Shown: positions 1 through 10,234 of the stretch, piece by piece
How positions within the stretch are numbered: the stretch's first letter is position 1
How the letters are laid out: each line of letters starts with the position of its first letter
NCBI GenBank assembly: GCA_947625625.1
Contig: CANQPC010000003.1
Location: 1,278 to 65,277 of the forward strand
Length of the DNA: 64,000 bases
Reading direction: 5' to 3'
Source: an uncultured Bacilli bacterium
GTDB taxonomy: Bacteria; Bacillota_I; Bacilli_A; RF39; UBA660
Made by a program: the position numbers and the translations under genes
The notes under the pieces: model-generated
Databases searched by the model: none
Seen by the model: the letters and a program-made list of their open reading frames with translations, nothing else
What the model was told of the DNA's origin: nothing

Positions 1-881
1 GGGAATTTAGAAAATGTTTTGAAATTGATAGTCAGGGACAATTTGCCGAGAGAGTTTTAATTACGGAGTATATTAATAAATTTATCGATAATGATACGAA
101 GTGGAACGAGGAATATGTGCCAACTTTCTTTACAATTGACGATTTGGAAGTGGCTCTTAACTTTACTCTTATTTCGGAAGGATTACTTTTAAATGAGAAA
201 TCGTATAGTGAAGCGACGGCGCTAAAGGTTAAGTTGCACGCTATTGCTAATAGTTCGCAGAGAAAATTCTTTGAGTGTGAAAACTTTGTTTCGATTAATG
301 AATATATTTCGGGACTAATTTTAATTGGTAATAATAAGAGAGCACAAATTATTAATTTTGTTCTCGAAAATATCGACGATCGTTTTGCGAAGTCTCTAGT
401 TAAGGTTTATTCGAGAATTTTATTTAATTTTATGAAGAGTTTACCATCAAGAGGAAGTATGCCTATTCATTTGATGCTCGAAGAAGCTCACAGGTATGTA
501 CAAAAAGACAATGATATAAATATTCTTGGGTATAATATATTCGAAAGAATTGCGAAAGAAGGTCGTAAGTTTGGAGTTATCCTCGATTTGATTACGCAAA
601 GACCGACTGAATTATCGGAAACGGTTATATCTCAGTGTAGTAATTTTTTAATATTTAAAATTAATCATCCTAGCGATTTGGAATATATTGAAAAGATGGT
701 TCCTAATATTAGTAGTGATGTTATCGAGAAGCAAAAGTCACTTCAGGCGGGAACATGTGTAGCATTTGGAAGAATGATGAAAATTCCAATGATAGTGAAA
801 ATGGATTTACCTGATCCTCCTCCACATAGTTCAAATGCTAATATATTTGACAAGTGGATGATAAAGTGGAAAAATGATTAG
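1..881 (+). CDS. HerA/DUF87-family P-loop ATPase, C-terminal part (5' end outside window)
   Basis: The frame is open from the window edge, with no stop before the GTG at 117. Motifs LMLEEAHRY, AKEGRKFGV..ITQRP and SQCSNFLIFKINHPSD match HerA/FtsK-like DUF87 ATPases. Confidence 0.6.
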   Translation, partial: EFRKCFEIDSQGQFAERVLITEYINKFIDNDTKWNEEYVPTFFTIDDLEVALNFTLISEGLLLNEKSYSEATALKVKLHAIANSSQRKFFECENFVSINEYISGLILIGNNKRAQIINFVLENIDDRFAKSLVKVYSRILFNFMKSLPSRGSMPIHLMLEEAHRYVQKDNDINILGYNIFERIAKEGRKFGVILDLITQRPTELSETVISQCSNFLIFKINHPSDLEYIEKMVPNISSDVIEKQKSLQAGTCVAFGRMMKIPMIVKMDLPDPPPHSSNANIFDKWMIKWKND

Positions 882-883
882 TT

Positions 884-912
884 TAAAGTCTTGTATATCA
901 AGGCTTTTTTTG
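884..912 (+). terminator. Rho-independent terminator after the HerA-like gene
   Basis: Hairpin AGTCTT/AAGGCT followed by a T7 run. Confidence 0.6.
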
Positions 913-913
913 T

Positions 914-1046
914 TTATCAACATTATCAACAGACCTGTGGAAAAGTAAATTTACACAGGTTGATAACTTTATTTGACAAAATTTGTTGATAAGTACTCTA
1001 TTTATATATTTTATATGATATCATATTGTGGAAAAGCTGTTGATAT
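914..1046. promoter_or_regulatory. oriC DnaA-box cluster upstream of dnaA
   Basis: TTATCAACA at 914 and 923 (head-to-tail). TGTGGAAAA at 936 and 1027. TGTTGATAA at 984. GGTTGATAA at 958. TGTTGATAT at 1038. Each is within 1-2 mismatches of TTATCCACA or its complement. Confidence 0.8.
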
Positions 1047-1156
1047 ATTGTTATTTTAGTTGTTAATATGAATAAATTACTAGACAAAATTTATTTTTGT
1101 TATATAATAAAGGTAATGGAATTTGAGTGCGTACTTGAAATAAAGGAGGTTTTGTT

Positions 1157-2518
1157 ATGAATACGGAAATGCTCTGGAATAACTTTCTAGAAAAAATTAA
1201 AGATCGAATATCTCCTTTATCTTATGATACGTGGTTTAAAGATACGAAACTTTATAAATTAGATAATGGAAGCGCTACTATATTGGTACCAATGTCCCTA
1301 CATAAAAAACATTTGGAAGAAAACTATCTTGATGAAATTGAGGAAATTTTTAATTCGATAACGGGAACAAACTTTAATTTTCAGTTTAAATTAGAAAGTG
1401 AAATTGCCGATGAAGGGCCTTTGAAGGAAGAAATTGAAGAGGAAATTCAAAATGGTGTCCCTTATCAAGATAAGGGGTCCGCTAATTTAAAAAGTGAATA
1501 TACTTTTGATAATTTTATTGTCGGAGATTCGAATAGATTTGCTTTTACTGCGGCAAGAGCAGTCGCGGAAAAACCTGGTAAAGCTTACAATCCACTATTT
1601 CTATATGGAAAAAGTGGACTTGGGAAAACGCATCTTATGCATTCTATCGGTAATTATATTATTGAAAATTCGAATAAAAAAGTATTATATGTTTCTAGCG
1701 AGCAATTTGTCAATGATTATATTTATGCGGTTAGAAACAATGATAAGATGGGATTTGATAAGATTGATTCTTTTAAAAATAAATATCGGAATATCGACGT
1801 TCTTATTATTGATGATATTCAATTTTTAGGAACCGCTACAAAAGGACAAGAGGAATTTTTCCACACTTTCAATCAGTTACATGATTCTAATAAACAGATT
1901 ATTATTGCTTCTGATAGATCGGTGGATGACCTTAAAATGCTCGAAAATAGGCTCATTACGAGATTTAATTGGGGACTTACGGCGAACATTACACCGCCGG
2001 ACTTCGATTTACGTGTCAATATTATTAAGAAGAAAATTTCTCATCAAGAGGCCGCTGACGACATTCCTATCGAAGTTATTGAATATATTGCTAATATTAA
2101 TGATTCGGATGTCAGACAGCTCGAAGGGGCTATTACAAGGGTATTTGCCTATGCTCTAATGATGAATAAGGGAAAAATTACACTCGATATTGCTATCGAA
2201 GCTTTAAAAGATAAGGTTAGCGACAGAAGTGTTTACAAGAATGACGTTCATAGAATTCAGAGAATTGTCTGTGAGTATTTTAAAATAGATATTGAAGAAC
2301 TTAAAGGTAAAAAAAGAAGTAAAGATGTCAATTACCCGAGACAAATTGCTATATATCTATGTAGAATTATGACAAATGAGTCTTTTCCAAAGATGGGAAC
2401 TTATTTTGGGGGGCGCGATCATTCGACAATTATCAGTGCCTATCAAAAAATTGAGAAGGATTTGAAGACTAACGAACAGTTAAAAACAGTTATTGATGAA
2501 TTAAAGTCGAGAATATAG
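1157..2518 (+). CDS. dnaA: Chromosomal replication initiator DnaA
   Basis: Walker A GKSGLGKTHL, the IIDDIQF box and a C-terminal DNA-binding region (DHSTIISAYQKI). RBS AAGGAGG lies upstream. Confidence 0.97.
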   Translation: MNTEMLWNNFLEKIKDRISPLSYDTWFKDTKLYKLDNGSATILVPMSLHKKHLEENYLDEIEEIFNSITGTNFNFQFKLESEIADEGPLKEEIEEEIQNGVPYQDKGSANLKSEYTFDNFIVGDSNRFAFTAARAVAEKPGKAYNPLFLYGKSGLGKTHLMHSIGNYIIENSNKKVLYVSSEQFVNDYIYAVRNNDKMGFDKIDSFKNKYRNIDVLIIDDIQFLGTATKGQEEFFHTFNQLHDSNKQIIIASDRSVDDLKMLENRLITRFNWGLTANITPPDFDLRVNIIKKKISHQEAADDIPIEVIEYIANINDSDVRQLEGAITRVFAYALMMNKGKITLDIAIEALKDKVSDRSVYKNDVHRIQRIVCEYFKIDIEELKGKKRSKDVNYPRQIAIYLCRIMTNESFPKMGTYFGGRDHSTIISAYQKIEKDLKTNEQLKTVIDELKSRI

Positions 2519-2640
2519 TTGATAAGTTTACAGATATCAACATGTCCTGTGGAGGAAGAATCCTTAGTAAGTAAAGGGAAAAATGATGATATCAACTTTA
2601 TCAAGTGTATAATAATAATAAATAATATATAAGGAAGGTA
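2517..2640. promoter_or_regulatory. oriC second part: DnaA boxes plus AT-rich candidate unwinding element (dnaA-dnaN spacer)
   Basis: AGTTGATAA at 2517, ATATCAACA at 2534, TGTGGAGGA at 2548, ATATCAACT at 2589 and TTATCAAGT next to it. A pure A/T run follows at 2606-2632. Confidence 0.65.
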
Positions 2641-2651
2641 GATGAAAAAAT

Positions 2652-3767
2652 ATGAAATTTGTTGTAAAGAAAGAAAGATTATTAGAAAGCTTAAATAATA
2701 CTTCGAGAGCTATTAGTACTAAAAATTTAATTCCTATTCTTACTGGTATTAAGTTTGATTTGATGGAAGAGGGGTTATACTTATCCGCGAGTGATACTGA
2801 TGTGTCAATTAGGTCTTTTATTAGTAAGGATGAACTTACGGAAGTGGAAGAACTTGGCAGTATTGTTATTGGGGGTAAATATATTGTGGAAATTATTAGG
2901 AAATTACCTAATACAGATATTTCTTTTGAGGTCCTCGATGGCTATAAACTTATTATCAGTACAGAAAATACAGAATTTAATTTGAATGGTGTTAATCCTA
3001 ATGAATTTCCTAATTTGGATTTAGATGAAACTAAGGAACCTATTGTTATTAGTAATGGTGTTTTTAAAGATATTATAAATCAAACTGTTTTTGCTACTTC
3101 ACAAAATGAAACGAGACCTTTACTTACGGGTATTAATTTTATTATAAGTGGTAATACTTTAGAGGTTTTAGCAACTGATTCTTATAGACTTGCGAGAAAG
3201 GTTGTGGAATTAGATCATGATGCTTTGAATGATGTCAATATTGTTATTCCTGGTAAAAATTTAGTAGAGCTTACAAAAATGCTAGATGAAGATGATGAGT
3301 CTTTAGAAATTCATTTATTTAGTAATAAAGTGCTATTTAAGTATCATAATACAGTGTTTTTATCAAGGCTTTTAAGTGGTAGTTATCCAACTACTTCAAA
3401 TATTATTCCAAAGGAATTTGATATTGAGCTTGAATGTTCTTTTGATGATTTGTTTAATATGATTGATAGAGCTTCACTTCTTACTTCAGATAGAGAGAAG
3501 AATACAATTAAATTGTCTTTAAATAAGAATGAACTGATGATTTCTTCTAATTCGCCAGAGATTGGTAAAGTTGAAGAAAAAATTGAAGTTAATTCTGATA
3601 AGGCTATTAATATTTCTTTTAGTTCGAAGTTTATGTTAGATGCTATTAAAAGTTTTAATAGTGAGAAGATTGTTATTTGTATGAATAATGATATTTCACC
3701 AATTGTCATTAAAAATAATGATGATGAGTCTTTAGTGCAATTGGTACTTCCGATTAAGACTTCATAA
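2652..3767 (+). CDS. dnaN: DNA polymerase III beta sliding clamp
   Basis: 371 aa at the conserved position after dnaA. Typical clamp motifs (ATDSYRLA, LLSGSYP). Confidence 0.96.
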   Translation: MKFVVKKERLLESLNNTSRAISTKNLIPILTGIKFDLMEEGLYLSASDTDVSIRSFISKDELTEVEELGSIVIGGKYIVEIIRKLPNTDISFEVLDGYKLIISTENTEFNLNGVNPNEFPNLDLDETKEPIVISNGVFKDIINQTVFATSQNETRPLLTGINFIISGNTLEVLATDSYRLARKVVELDHDALNDVNIVIPGKNLVELTKMLDEDDESLEIHLFSNKVLFKYHNTVFLSRLLSGSYPTTSNIIPKEFDIELECSFDDLFNMIDRASLLTSDREKNTIKLSLNKNELMISSNSPEIGKVEEKIEVNSDKAINISFSSKFMLDAIKSFNSEKIVICMNNDISPIVIKNNDDESLVQLVLPIKTS

Positions 3768-3784
3768 TTGATTATTTAAATGCA

Positions 3785-3825
3785 AAAACCTCATTTCTTG
3801 GGTATGGAAATGAGGTTTTACTTTG
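3785..3825 (+). terminator. Rho-independent terminator after dnaN
   Basis: 13-bp stem AAAACCTCATTTC/GAAATGAGGTTTT followed by a T-rich tail. Confidence 0.7.
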
Positions 3826-3928
3826 AAAAAAAATTTTTATTATTTGTCGACATTATTAGACTTTTTTCGACAAAGGAATGTGCTTTAATATAGGGCACAT
3901 ATTTTTATATGTGGAAAGGGGGATATTA

Positions 3929-4390
3929 ATGGATACTTATATAATAAATGATGATGTTCTATGTTTTACGCTCGATGATGATAATCCGAAAAATATTTTG
4001 GTTATTGAGAAGAAAAGAAGGGTATCAGTTCATATGACTTGTCTTAAATTTTTGAGAAGATGTTGTAAAATATATGGTCATTCTTATGATATTCAAAGAC
4101 AATTTGTTATTGATAATTTTAATTATTATATTAAGACACCAATTATTGTATCAGAATATGATAATTTGATATTTTTTCCAACAACTTCTCCTAACTCGAA
4201 GAATTGTATTTGGATAGCTTATAGTAATGTCGATAGGTATGTTAAAGAAAATGATTACACAAAGATATATTTTAAAGGTGGAAAAATACTTAATATTAGT
4301 GCATCTTTTACTACTATTGACAGTCAAATTACGAAGTGTATTAAGATAGAAAAATTTATTAATAATATAAAATTAAGAGGAAATTTTTAA
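3929..4390 (+). CDS. ComK-family protein
   Basis: CLKFLRRCCKIYGHSYDIQRQ, KTPIIVSEYDNLIFFPTTSPNSKNCIWI and TKIYFKGGKILNIS align with the conserved ComK blocks (SCRFFGSSYAGRK, KPPIMV..IFLFPT..C.WI). The start at 3929 is preferred because GGAAAGGGGG lies just upstream; the track start at 3878 has no RBS. Confidence 0.65.
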   Translation: MDTYIINDDVLCFTLDDDNPKNILVIEKKRRVSVHMTCLKFLRRCCKIYGHSYDIQRQFVIDNFNYYIKTPIIVSEYDNLIFFPTTSPNSKNCIWIAYSNVDRYVKENDYTKIYFKGGKILNISASFTTIDSQITKCIKIEKFINNIKLRGNF

Positions 4391-4420
4391 TATGATAAGA
4401 AAAAATAATTTTATTGAAGG

Positions 4421-4457
4421 AAAAAAAGAGAAAAAAGCCATATTTCTCTTTTTTTTA
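4421..4457 (+). terminator. Rho-independent terminator after the ComK-like gene
   Basis: Stem AGAGAAA/TTTCTCT followed by a T8 run. Confidence 0.6.
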
Positions 4458-4542
4458 GGGGTATTTTGTGATATAATTATATATGTATAGGGGTACATAA
4501 AAATAGAAAAGGTGAAATAATGAGCTTAAAAAATACTTTTAA

Positions 4543-5688
4543 ATGAAAATAAAAAAAATTAAACTATTAAATTATCGAAATTATGATAATTTAGAAATTG
4601 AATTTAATGATAACTTAAATATAGTAATTGGGAATAACGCTCAGGGAAAGACAAATTTATTAGAAGCTATTTATGTACTTGCTGTTACAAAGTCTTTTTT
4701 ATCAATTAATGATAAAAATTTAATCAAGTTTAATAGTAAATTTTCGATGATAAAAGGGTTATTATCGGGAAGTAATTTTGATGATGAACTCTCAATATTG
4801 TTAAACGATAATGGTAAGACAGTAAAAATAAACGATAAAGAAATTAAAAAATTAAGTGATTATATATCAAAAATGAACGTCGTTATATTTAGTGCCGAAG
4901 CTGTTCGAATGATTAAAGAAAGCCCGTCTTCAAGAAGAAGATATCTCAATATTCAAATAAGTCAGATAAACAGAAAATATCTTAAATGTCTAAGTGATTA
5001 TAATATAGTATTAAGACAAAGAAATGAATTTCTTAAGATAATAAATTTAGATAAAAAGAGTGACTGTGAATATTTAGAAATATTAAATGATAAATATACT
5101 GATTTATCTATCGAGGTATACAATTATCGAAAAGATTATATTAATGAAATAAATAGTTATATAGAAGATATCTTTTATAAGATTACGGGATTATCTAATA
5201 TTAGAATAGCTTATATATCTAATGTATGCTGTGATAATAATAGTAATAATTTAAAAGAAGAATTACTTAAAAAATTAGATAAAAATTTACATAAGGAATT
5301 ATTATATAAGATGACTTTTATCGGACCTAATCGTGATGATTTTTATTTTATGTTAGATGATAAAAATTTATCATTATATGGTTCACAAGGACAAATACGT
5401 AGTGCGATACTGTCTTTGAAACTTTCAGAAGTTATTTTATTTAGTAATAAAACTGATGAAAGTCCAATACTACTTCTAGATGATATATTTAGTGAGTTAG
5501 ATATAAATAAAAGAAATAGTATTTTAGGGTATTTAGATAATAAAAAAGTTCAGACGATAATTACGACGACAGATATCGAAAATATTAAAGAAGATATGCG
5601 AAAAAATGCTAATGTTTATGAGATAGAAAATGGAAAAATTATTTCTCGGGAAATAGTTTCGAGCAGGAAGGGTGATAAAAATGAATAA
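4543..5688 (+). CDS. recF: DNA replication/repair protein RecF
   Basis: N-terminal Walker [14 protein letters not shown], signature GSQGQ and Walker [12 protein letters not shown]. Confidence 0.95.
   Translation: MKIKKIKLLNYRNYDNLEIEFNDNLNIVIGNNAQGKTNLLEAIYVLAVTKSFLSINDKNLIKFNSKFSMIKGLLSGSNFDDELSILLNDNGKTVKINDKEIKKLSDYISKMNVVIFSAEAVRMIKESPSSRRRYLNIQISQINRKYLKCLSDYNIVLRQRNEFLKIINLDKKSDCEYLEILNDKYTDLSIEVYNYRKDYINEINSYIEDIFYKITGLSNIRIAYISNVCCDNNSNNLKEELLKKLDKNLHKELLYKMTFIGPNRDDFYFMLDDKNLSLYGSQGQIRSAILSLKLSEVILFSNKTDESPILLLDDIFSELDINKRNSILGYLDNKKVQTIITTTDIENIKEDMRKNANVYEIENGKIISREIVSSRKGDKNE
5637..5658. promoter_or_regulatory. Degenerate NBS-like palindrome in the recF 3' tail
   Basis: AATTATTTCTCGGGAAATAGTT has 2 mismatches to the 22-bp palindrome of the gyrA-tadA array. 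It encodes IISREI and lies 23 bp upstream of the gyrB ATG. Confidence 0.5.
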
Positions 5689-7606
5689 TAGTGAACATTA
5701 TGATGCCTCTGATATTCAGGTATTGGAAGGGCTTGAAGCAGTAAGAAAAAGACCAGGTATGTATATTGGAACAACTGATGTCAAGGGATTACATCATCTA
5801 GTTTGGGAAATTGTCGATAACGCTATTGACGAAGCTCTAGCGGGTTACTGTCAAAATATTGAGGTTGTCATTAATAAAGATAATTCAATTACTGTCAAAG
5901 ATGATGGTAGAGGAATACCAGTTGAAGTACATCCAAAGACAGGTTTATCGACTGTTGAAACAGTTTATACAGTATTACATGCCGGTGGTAAATTTGGTGG
6001 AGGAGGATACAAAGTATCCGGTGGACTTCATGGTGTTGGAGCTTCCGTTGTCAATGCTTTAAGTAAATGGGTTGAAGTTAAGGTATACAAAAATAGTAAG
6101 GTTTACTTTATTCGTTTTGAAAATGGGGGACATACTGTCGAACCTTTGAAAGAAATTGATACTTGTGAAGAAAATAGAACAGGTACGGTAGTAACATTTA
6201 AGCCAGATCCTGATATTTTTGATACCGATATTTACGATTATGAAACTTTAATGGTTAGAATTAGAGAACTTGCCTTTTTAAATAAGGGACTTTCAATTAC
6301 AATTAGAGATGATCGTGATGAGGAAGATACGACGGGAGAAACTTTCTTATATGAAGGTGGAATTAAAGAATATGTTAAATTTATTAATAAAGAGAAAACT
6401 CCTATTCACGAAGATATTATTCATCTTGAAGGTGAAGAAGATGGCGTATATTTTGAAGTAGCAATGCAGTATAATACTAGCTATAATGAGAATATATATT
6501 CATTTGTTAATAATATTAATACACATGATGGTGGTACTCACGAAGAAGGAGTTAGAAGGGCTTTAACAAGAGTTATAAATAATTATGCGAGAAAAGCTAA
6601 TATATTAAAAGAAAAAGATGAGTCTTTAACTGGTGATGATGTAAAAGAGGGACTTACAATGATTATTTCTTGTAAACATCCTAATCCACAGTTCGAGGGT
6701 CAGACAAAGGGAAGACTTGGAAATTCGGAAGTTAGAAAACTTGCAGATAGTGTCTTTTCTCAAGGATTTGAACGTTTTCTTATGGAAAATCCAGAAGACG
6801 CTAGGGTTATTATAAATAAGGCTATGCTTGCTTGTAGAGCGAGAAATGCTGCTAGAAAGGCTAGAGAAATAACGAGAAAAAGTGATTTAGCAACGACTAA
6901 TTTCTTTGGTAAATTATCAGATTGTAAAAGTAAAGATCCAAAAGTATCGGAAATATTTATTGTCGAGGGAGATAGTGCCGGAGGATCCGCTAAAAAGGGA
7001 AGAGACTCGATGACTCAGGCTATTTTGCCACTTAGAGGTAAGATATTAAATGTGGAAAAGGCGAGACTTGATAGAGCATTATCTAATGAAGAGATAAGAA
7101 CAATTATTACAGCTTTTGGTACTGGTATTGGCGAAGAATTTGATCTATCGAAATTAAGGTACGATAAAATTATCATAATGACGGATGCTGATGTCGACGG
7201 TTCACATATTAGAGTACTTTTACTTACTTTGTTTTATCGTTTCTTTAGGCCAATTGTCGAAGCGGGGCATGTATATGCAGCACAACCTCCGCTATATAGA
7301 ATAATGCATGGTAAAACGAGAAAATATGTTTTGGATGATGCTGAATTAGACAGTTACATGAAGTCTTTACCAGATAATATTCGTAGTCGTGCGGAAATTG
7401 CTCGTATGAAAGGTTTAGGAGAAATGGATGCGGAAGAGCTTAATGAGACGACAATGGATATTGAAAAGAGAACGCTTCGTAAAATAACTGTCGATGACTG
7501 CGTAGCTGCTGATGCTATATTTGAAAAATTAATGGGGGATGAAGTTGAACCTCGAAGAAAATTTATCGAAGAAAATGCTATATATGCAGAGAATTTGGAT
7601 GTTTAG
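5681..7606 (+). CDS. gyrB: DNA gyrase subunit B
   Basis: GHKL ATPase and Toprim motifs ([33 protein letters not shown]). The ATG at 5681 is preferred over the GTG at 5672 from the spacing to AGGAAGGG. Confidence 0.96.
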   Translation: MNNSEHYDASDIQVLEGLEAVRKRPGMYIGTTDVKGLHHLVWEIVDNAIDEALAGYCQNIEVVINKDNSITVKDDGRGIPVEVHPKTGLSTVETVYTVLHAGGKFGGGGYKVSGGLHGVGASVVNALSKWVEVKVYKNSKVYFIRFENGGHTVEPLKEIDTCEENRTGTVVTFKPDPDIFDTDIYDYETLMVRIRELAFLNKGLSITIRDDRDEEDTTGETFLYEGGIKEYVKFINKEKTPIHEDIIHLEGEEDGVYFEVAMQYNTSYNENIYSFVNNINTHDGGTHEEGVRRALTRVINNYARKANILKEKDESLTGDDVKEGLTMIISCKHPNPQFEGQTKGRLGNSEVRKLADSVFSQGFERFLMENPEDARVIINKAMLACRARNAARKAREITRKSDLATTNFFGKLSDCKSKDPKVSEIFIVEGDSAGGSAKKGRDSMTQAILPLRGKILNVEKARLDRALSNEEIRTIITAFGTGIGEEFDLSKLRYDKIIIMTDADVDGSHIRVLLLTLFYRFFRPIVEAGHVYAAQPPLYRIMHGKTRKYVLDDAELDSYMKSLPDNIRSRAEIARMKGLGEMDAEELNETTMDIEKRTLRKITVDDCVAADAIFEKLMGDEVEPRRKFIEENAIYAENLDV

Positions 7607-7620
7607 GTGGTGAATGGTTT

Positions 7621-10191
7621 ATGGATGAAAATATTAATGATAACTTAGATGAAAATTTAGTTGTTGATAATTCTGAAAATTCTTCGGAAGAAAATACTGT
7701 AGATGAAGAAGAATTTAATGGTAATGATGATTTTAATGGTAATTTTCATGAACGCGATAGTTTATCGGAAAATAATATTGTCGACGAGGTTAGAAAATCT
7801 TTCTTGGAATATTCAGTAAGTGTTATTAAATCGAGAGCTTTACCTGATTTGCGAGACGGATTAAAACCCGTTCACCGAAGAATATTATGGTCGATGTACG
7901 AGAGTGGTTATACTCCTGATAAACCGCATCGAAAGTCCGCTAAAACAGTCGGAGAAGTTATGGGTAATTATCATCCTCATGGTGATTCTAGTATTTATGA
8001 GGCAATGGTAAGATTAGCTCAAGATTTTAACCAAAGGTATATGTTAATCGACGGACATGGTAATTTTGGTAATATTGAAGGTGATGGAGCGGCCGCTATG
8101 AGGTATACGGAGTCAAGGCTTTCGAAATTGTCACTCGAGTTACTTAGAGATATTAACAAAGATACTGTCGATATGGAAGATAACTTTGATGCAACGAGAA
8201 AAGAACCTAGTGTTTTACCTAGTAGATTTCCGAATATTTTGGTTAATGGTTCAATGGGAATTGCTGTCGGTATGGCGACGAATATTCCTCCACATAATTT
8301 GGGAGAGGTAATTGATGGTTGTGTTGCTTATATTGATAATCCTGATATTGATACTTTGGGATTGATGCAGCACATTAAGGGACCTGATTTTCCGACCGGT
8401 GGTATTATTTTAGGAAATTCTGGTATTAAAAAGGCTTATGAAACCGGACGCGGAACTATTACGATTAGAAGTAGAGCGGAAATTGAGGATTTGGGAACGC
8501 ATAGCAATATTATTATTACGGAAGTTCCTTATGGTGTTAATACGATGGAACTTAAAAATAAGGTTGCTGAACTCGTTCATAACAAGATAATTGATGGTAT
8601 TTCTGACTATCATACGGACTTGAAGAATGGTATTAAGATTACGATTACTTTAAAGAGAGATGCTAATCCGCAAGTGGTTTTAAATAATTTATATAAGCAT
8701 ACTAATTTTCAAGTATCTTATGGTATTATCTTTTTAATGCTAGATGGTCTTACTCCTAAAACGCTTCCTCTTAAAGATATTATTTCGAAGTATATCGATC
8801 ATCAAAAGGTTGTTATTATTAGGAGAACGAGATTTGATCTTAATAAGGCAGAAAAGAGAGTTCATATTTTAGAAGGTTATAAGATTGCTCTCGATAATAT
8901 TGATGAGGTTATTCAGATTATTAAAACGGCTGAAAGTGATGTCGAAGCTAAAGAGAAATTGATTTCGCGATTTGGTCTTACTGAAGTTCAAACGGATGCT
9001 ATTTTGGAATTGAAATTACGTCGTTTGACTGGATTAGAGAGAGACAAAATTGAGAATGAGCTTGCTGAACTTCTTAAGTTAATTGAAGAATTAAAGGCTA
9101 TTTTAGGTGATGAGAAGAAAGTTCTCGAAATTATTAAAAATGAGCTTTTGGAAATTAAAGATAAATATGCTGATGAGAGAAGAACTTCAATTGACATGAC
9201 CGCTATTGACTTTATCGAAGATGAATCTCTTATTCCTGTGGAAAATATTATTATTACTTTGACTAATAAAGGTTATATTAAGAGAATTGCTTCAGATACT
9301 TATAGAAGTCAAAATCGTGGTGGTATGGGAATTAAAGGAATGTCAACGAACGAAGAGGATTTTGTTGAACATTTGATTAATTCGACAACACATGATTATA
9401 TTCTTATGTTTACTAATCGTGGTAAGGTATATCGTATTAAAGGGTATGAAATTCCTGAATTTAGTAGGCAATCGAAAGGTCTTCCTATTGTTAACTTATT
9501 GAGTTTAGATAGGAATGAAAAGATTACAGCTCTTCTTAATATTTCTTCAGATGATGAATGTAAATATTTGGTATTTGCTACTAAGCTTGGTCTTATTAAG
9601 CGTACGAATATTTCGGAGTTTGATAGTATTAGAAATAATGGTAAAAAGTTTATTACTCTTAAAGATGATGATGAACTTGTTTCGGTTAAGAAGACTAATG
9701 GTAATAATGAAATTTTAATGGCATCATCAAACGGTCGTATGGTTAGATTTAATGAAGAAGCTATTAGAGTTATGGGAAGAAGTGCTTCTGGTGTTAGAGG
9801 TATTAATTTAGGGCCATCTGGTAGTTTGGTTGGTATGGAAGTTGCTAGCCCAGATCAGTTTGTTCTTGTTGTTACGGAAAAGGGTTATGGTAAAAAGACT
9901 CCTACTGATGAGTATAGAATAACTAATCGTGGTGGAAAAGGTGTTAAGACGGTTAATATTACTGATAAGAATGGCGCTATTATTTCATTTAAGACTGTTG
10001 ATAATTCAAAAGACTTGATGATTATTACAGATGCTGGTATTGTTATTAGAATGGATGTTGATAAAATTTCAACGATGAGTAGAGTTACACAAGGAGTTAA
10101 ACTTATTAATTTGAAAGATGATAGTGTTGTAAGTTCTATTGCTGTTGTCGATAAAGAAAATAGTGAAGAGGAATCTGCTTTAGATGAGTAG
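7621..10191 (+). CDS. gyrA: DNA gyrase subunit A, with a ~40-aa acidic N-terminal extension
   Basis: RALPDLRDGLKPVHRRIL, the active-site AAMRYTE region and a C-terminal beta-pinwheel. RBS AGGTGGTGA lies 7 nt upstream of the ATG. Confidence 0.96.
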   Translation: MDENINDNLDENLVVDNSENSSEENTVDEEEFNGNDDFNGNFHERDSLSENNIVDEVRKSFLEYSVSVIKSRALPDLRDGLKPVHRRILWSMYESGYTPDKPHRKSAKTVGEVMGNYHPHGDSSIYEAMVRLAQDFNQRYMLIDGHGNFGNIEGDGAAAMRYTESRLSKLSLELLRDINKDTVDMEDNFDATRKEPSVLPSRFPNILVNGSMGIAVGMATNIPPHNLGEVIDGCVAYIDNPDIDTLGLMQHIKGPDFPTGGIILGNSGIKKAYETGRGTITIRSRAEIEDLGTHSNIIITEVPYGVNTMELKNKVAELVHNKIIDGISDYHTDLKNGIKITITLKRDANPQVVLNNLYKHTNFQVSYGIIFLMLDGLTPKTLPLKDIISKYIDHQKVVIIRRTRFDLNKAEKRVHILEGYKIALDNIDEVIQIIKTAESDVEAKEKLISRFGLTEVQTDAILELKLRRLTGLERDKIENELAELLKLIEELKAILGDEKKVLEIIKNELLEIKDKYADERRTSIDMTAIDFIEDESLIPVENIIITLTNKGYIKRIASDTYRSQNRGGMGIKGMSTNEEDFVEHLINSTTHDYILMFTNRGKVYRIKGYEIPEFSRQSKGLPIVNLLSLDRNEKITALLNISSDDECKYLVFATKLGLIKRTNISEFDSIRNNGKKFITLKDDDELVSVKKTNGNNEILMASSNGRMVRFNEEAIRVMGRSASGVRGINLGPSGSLVGMEVASPDQFVLVVTEKGYGKKTPTDEYRITNRGGKGVKTVNITDKNGAIISFKTVDNSKDLMIITDAGIVIRMDVDKISTMSRVTQGVKLINLKDDSVVSSIAVVDKENSEEESALDE

Positions 10192-10208
10192 ATCCTTTTT
10201 TTTATTTG

Positions 10209-10234
10209 AAAATTATTTCCCGGGAAATAATTTT
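10209..10234. promoter_or_regulatory. NBS-type palindrome 1 (putative Noc/ParB-family binding site)
   Basis: Perfect 26-bp palindrome AAAATTATTTCCCGGGAAATAATTTT, 18 bp after the gyrA stop. It contains the 16-mer TATTTCCCGGGAAATA. Confidence 0.75.

Noticed and set aside
4520-4546. 8-codon mini-ORF (MSLKNTFK) with a good RBS, overlapping the recF start in an ATGA arrangement
   Set aside because: Too short to evaluate and possibly fortuitous in AT-rich DNA. The AAAGGTGA upstream may simply serve recF at long spacing. Noted only as a possible translational-coupling leader.
10209-10234. The first palindrome as just the gyrA intrinsic terminator
   Set aside because: The T-run precedes rather than follows the hairpin, and the identical palindrome recurs eight more times, including inside coding sequence. 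A hairpin role in termination cannot be excluded but does not explain the family.
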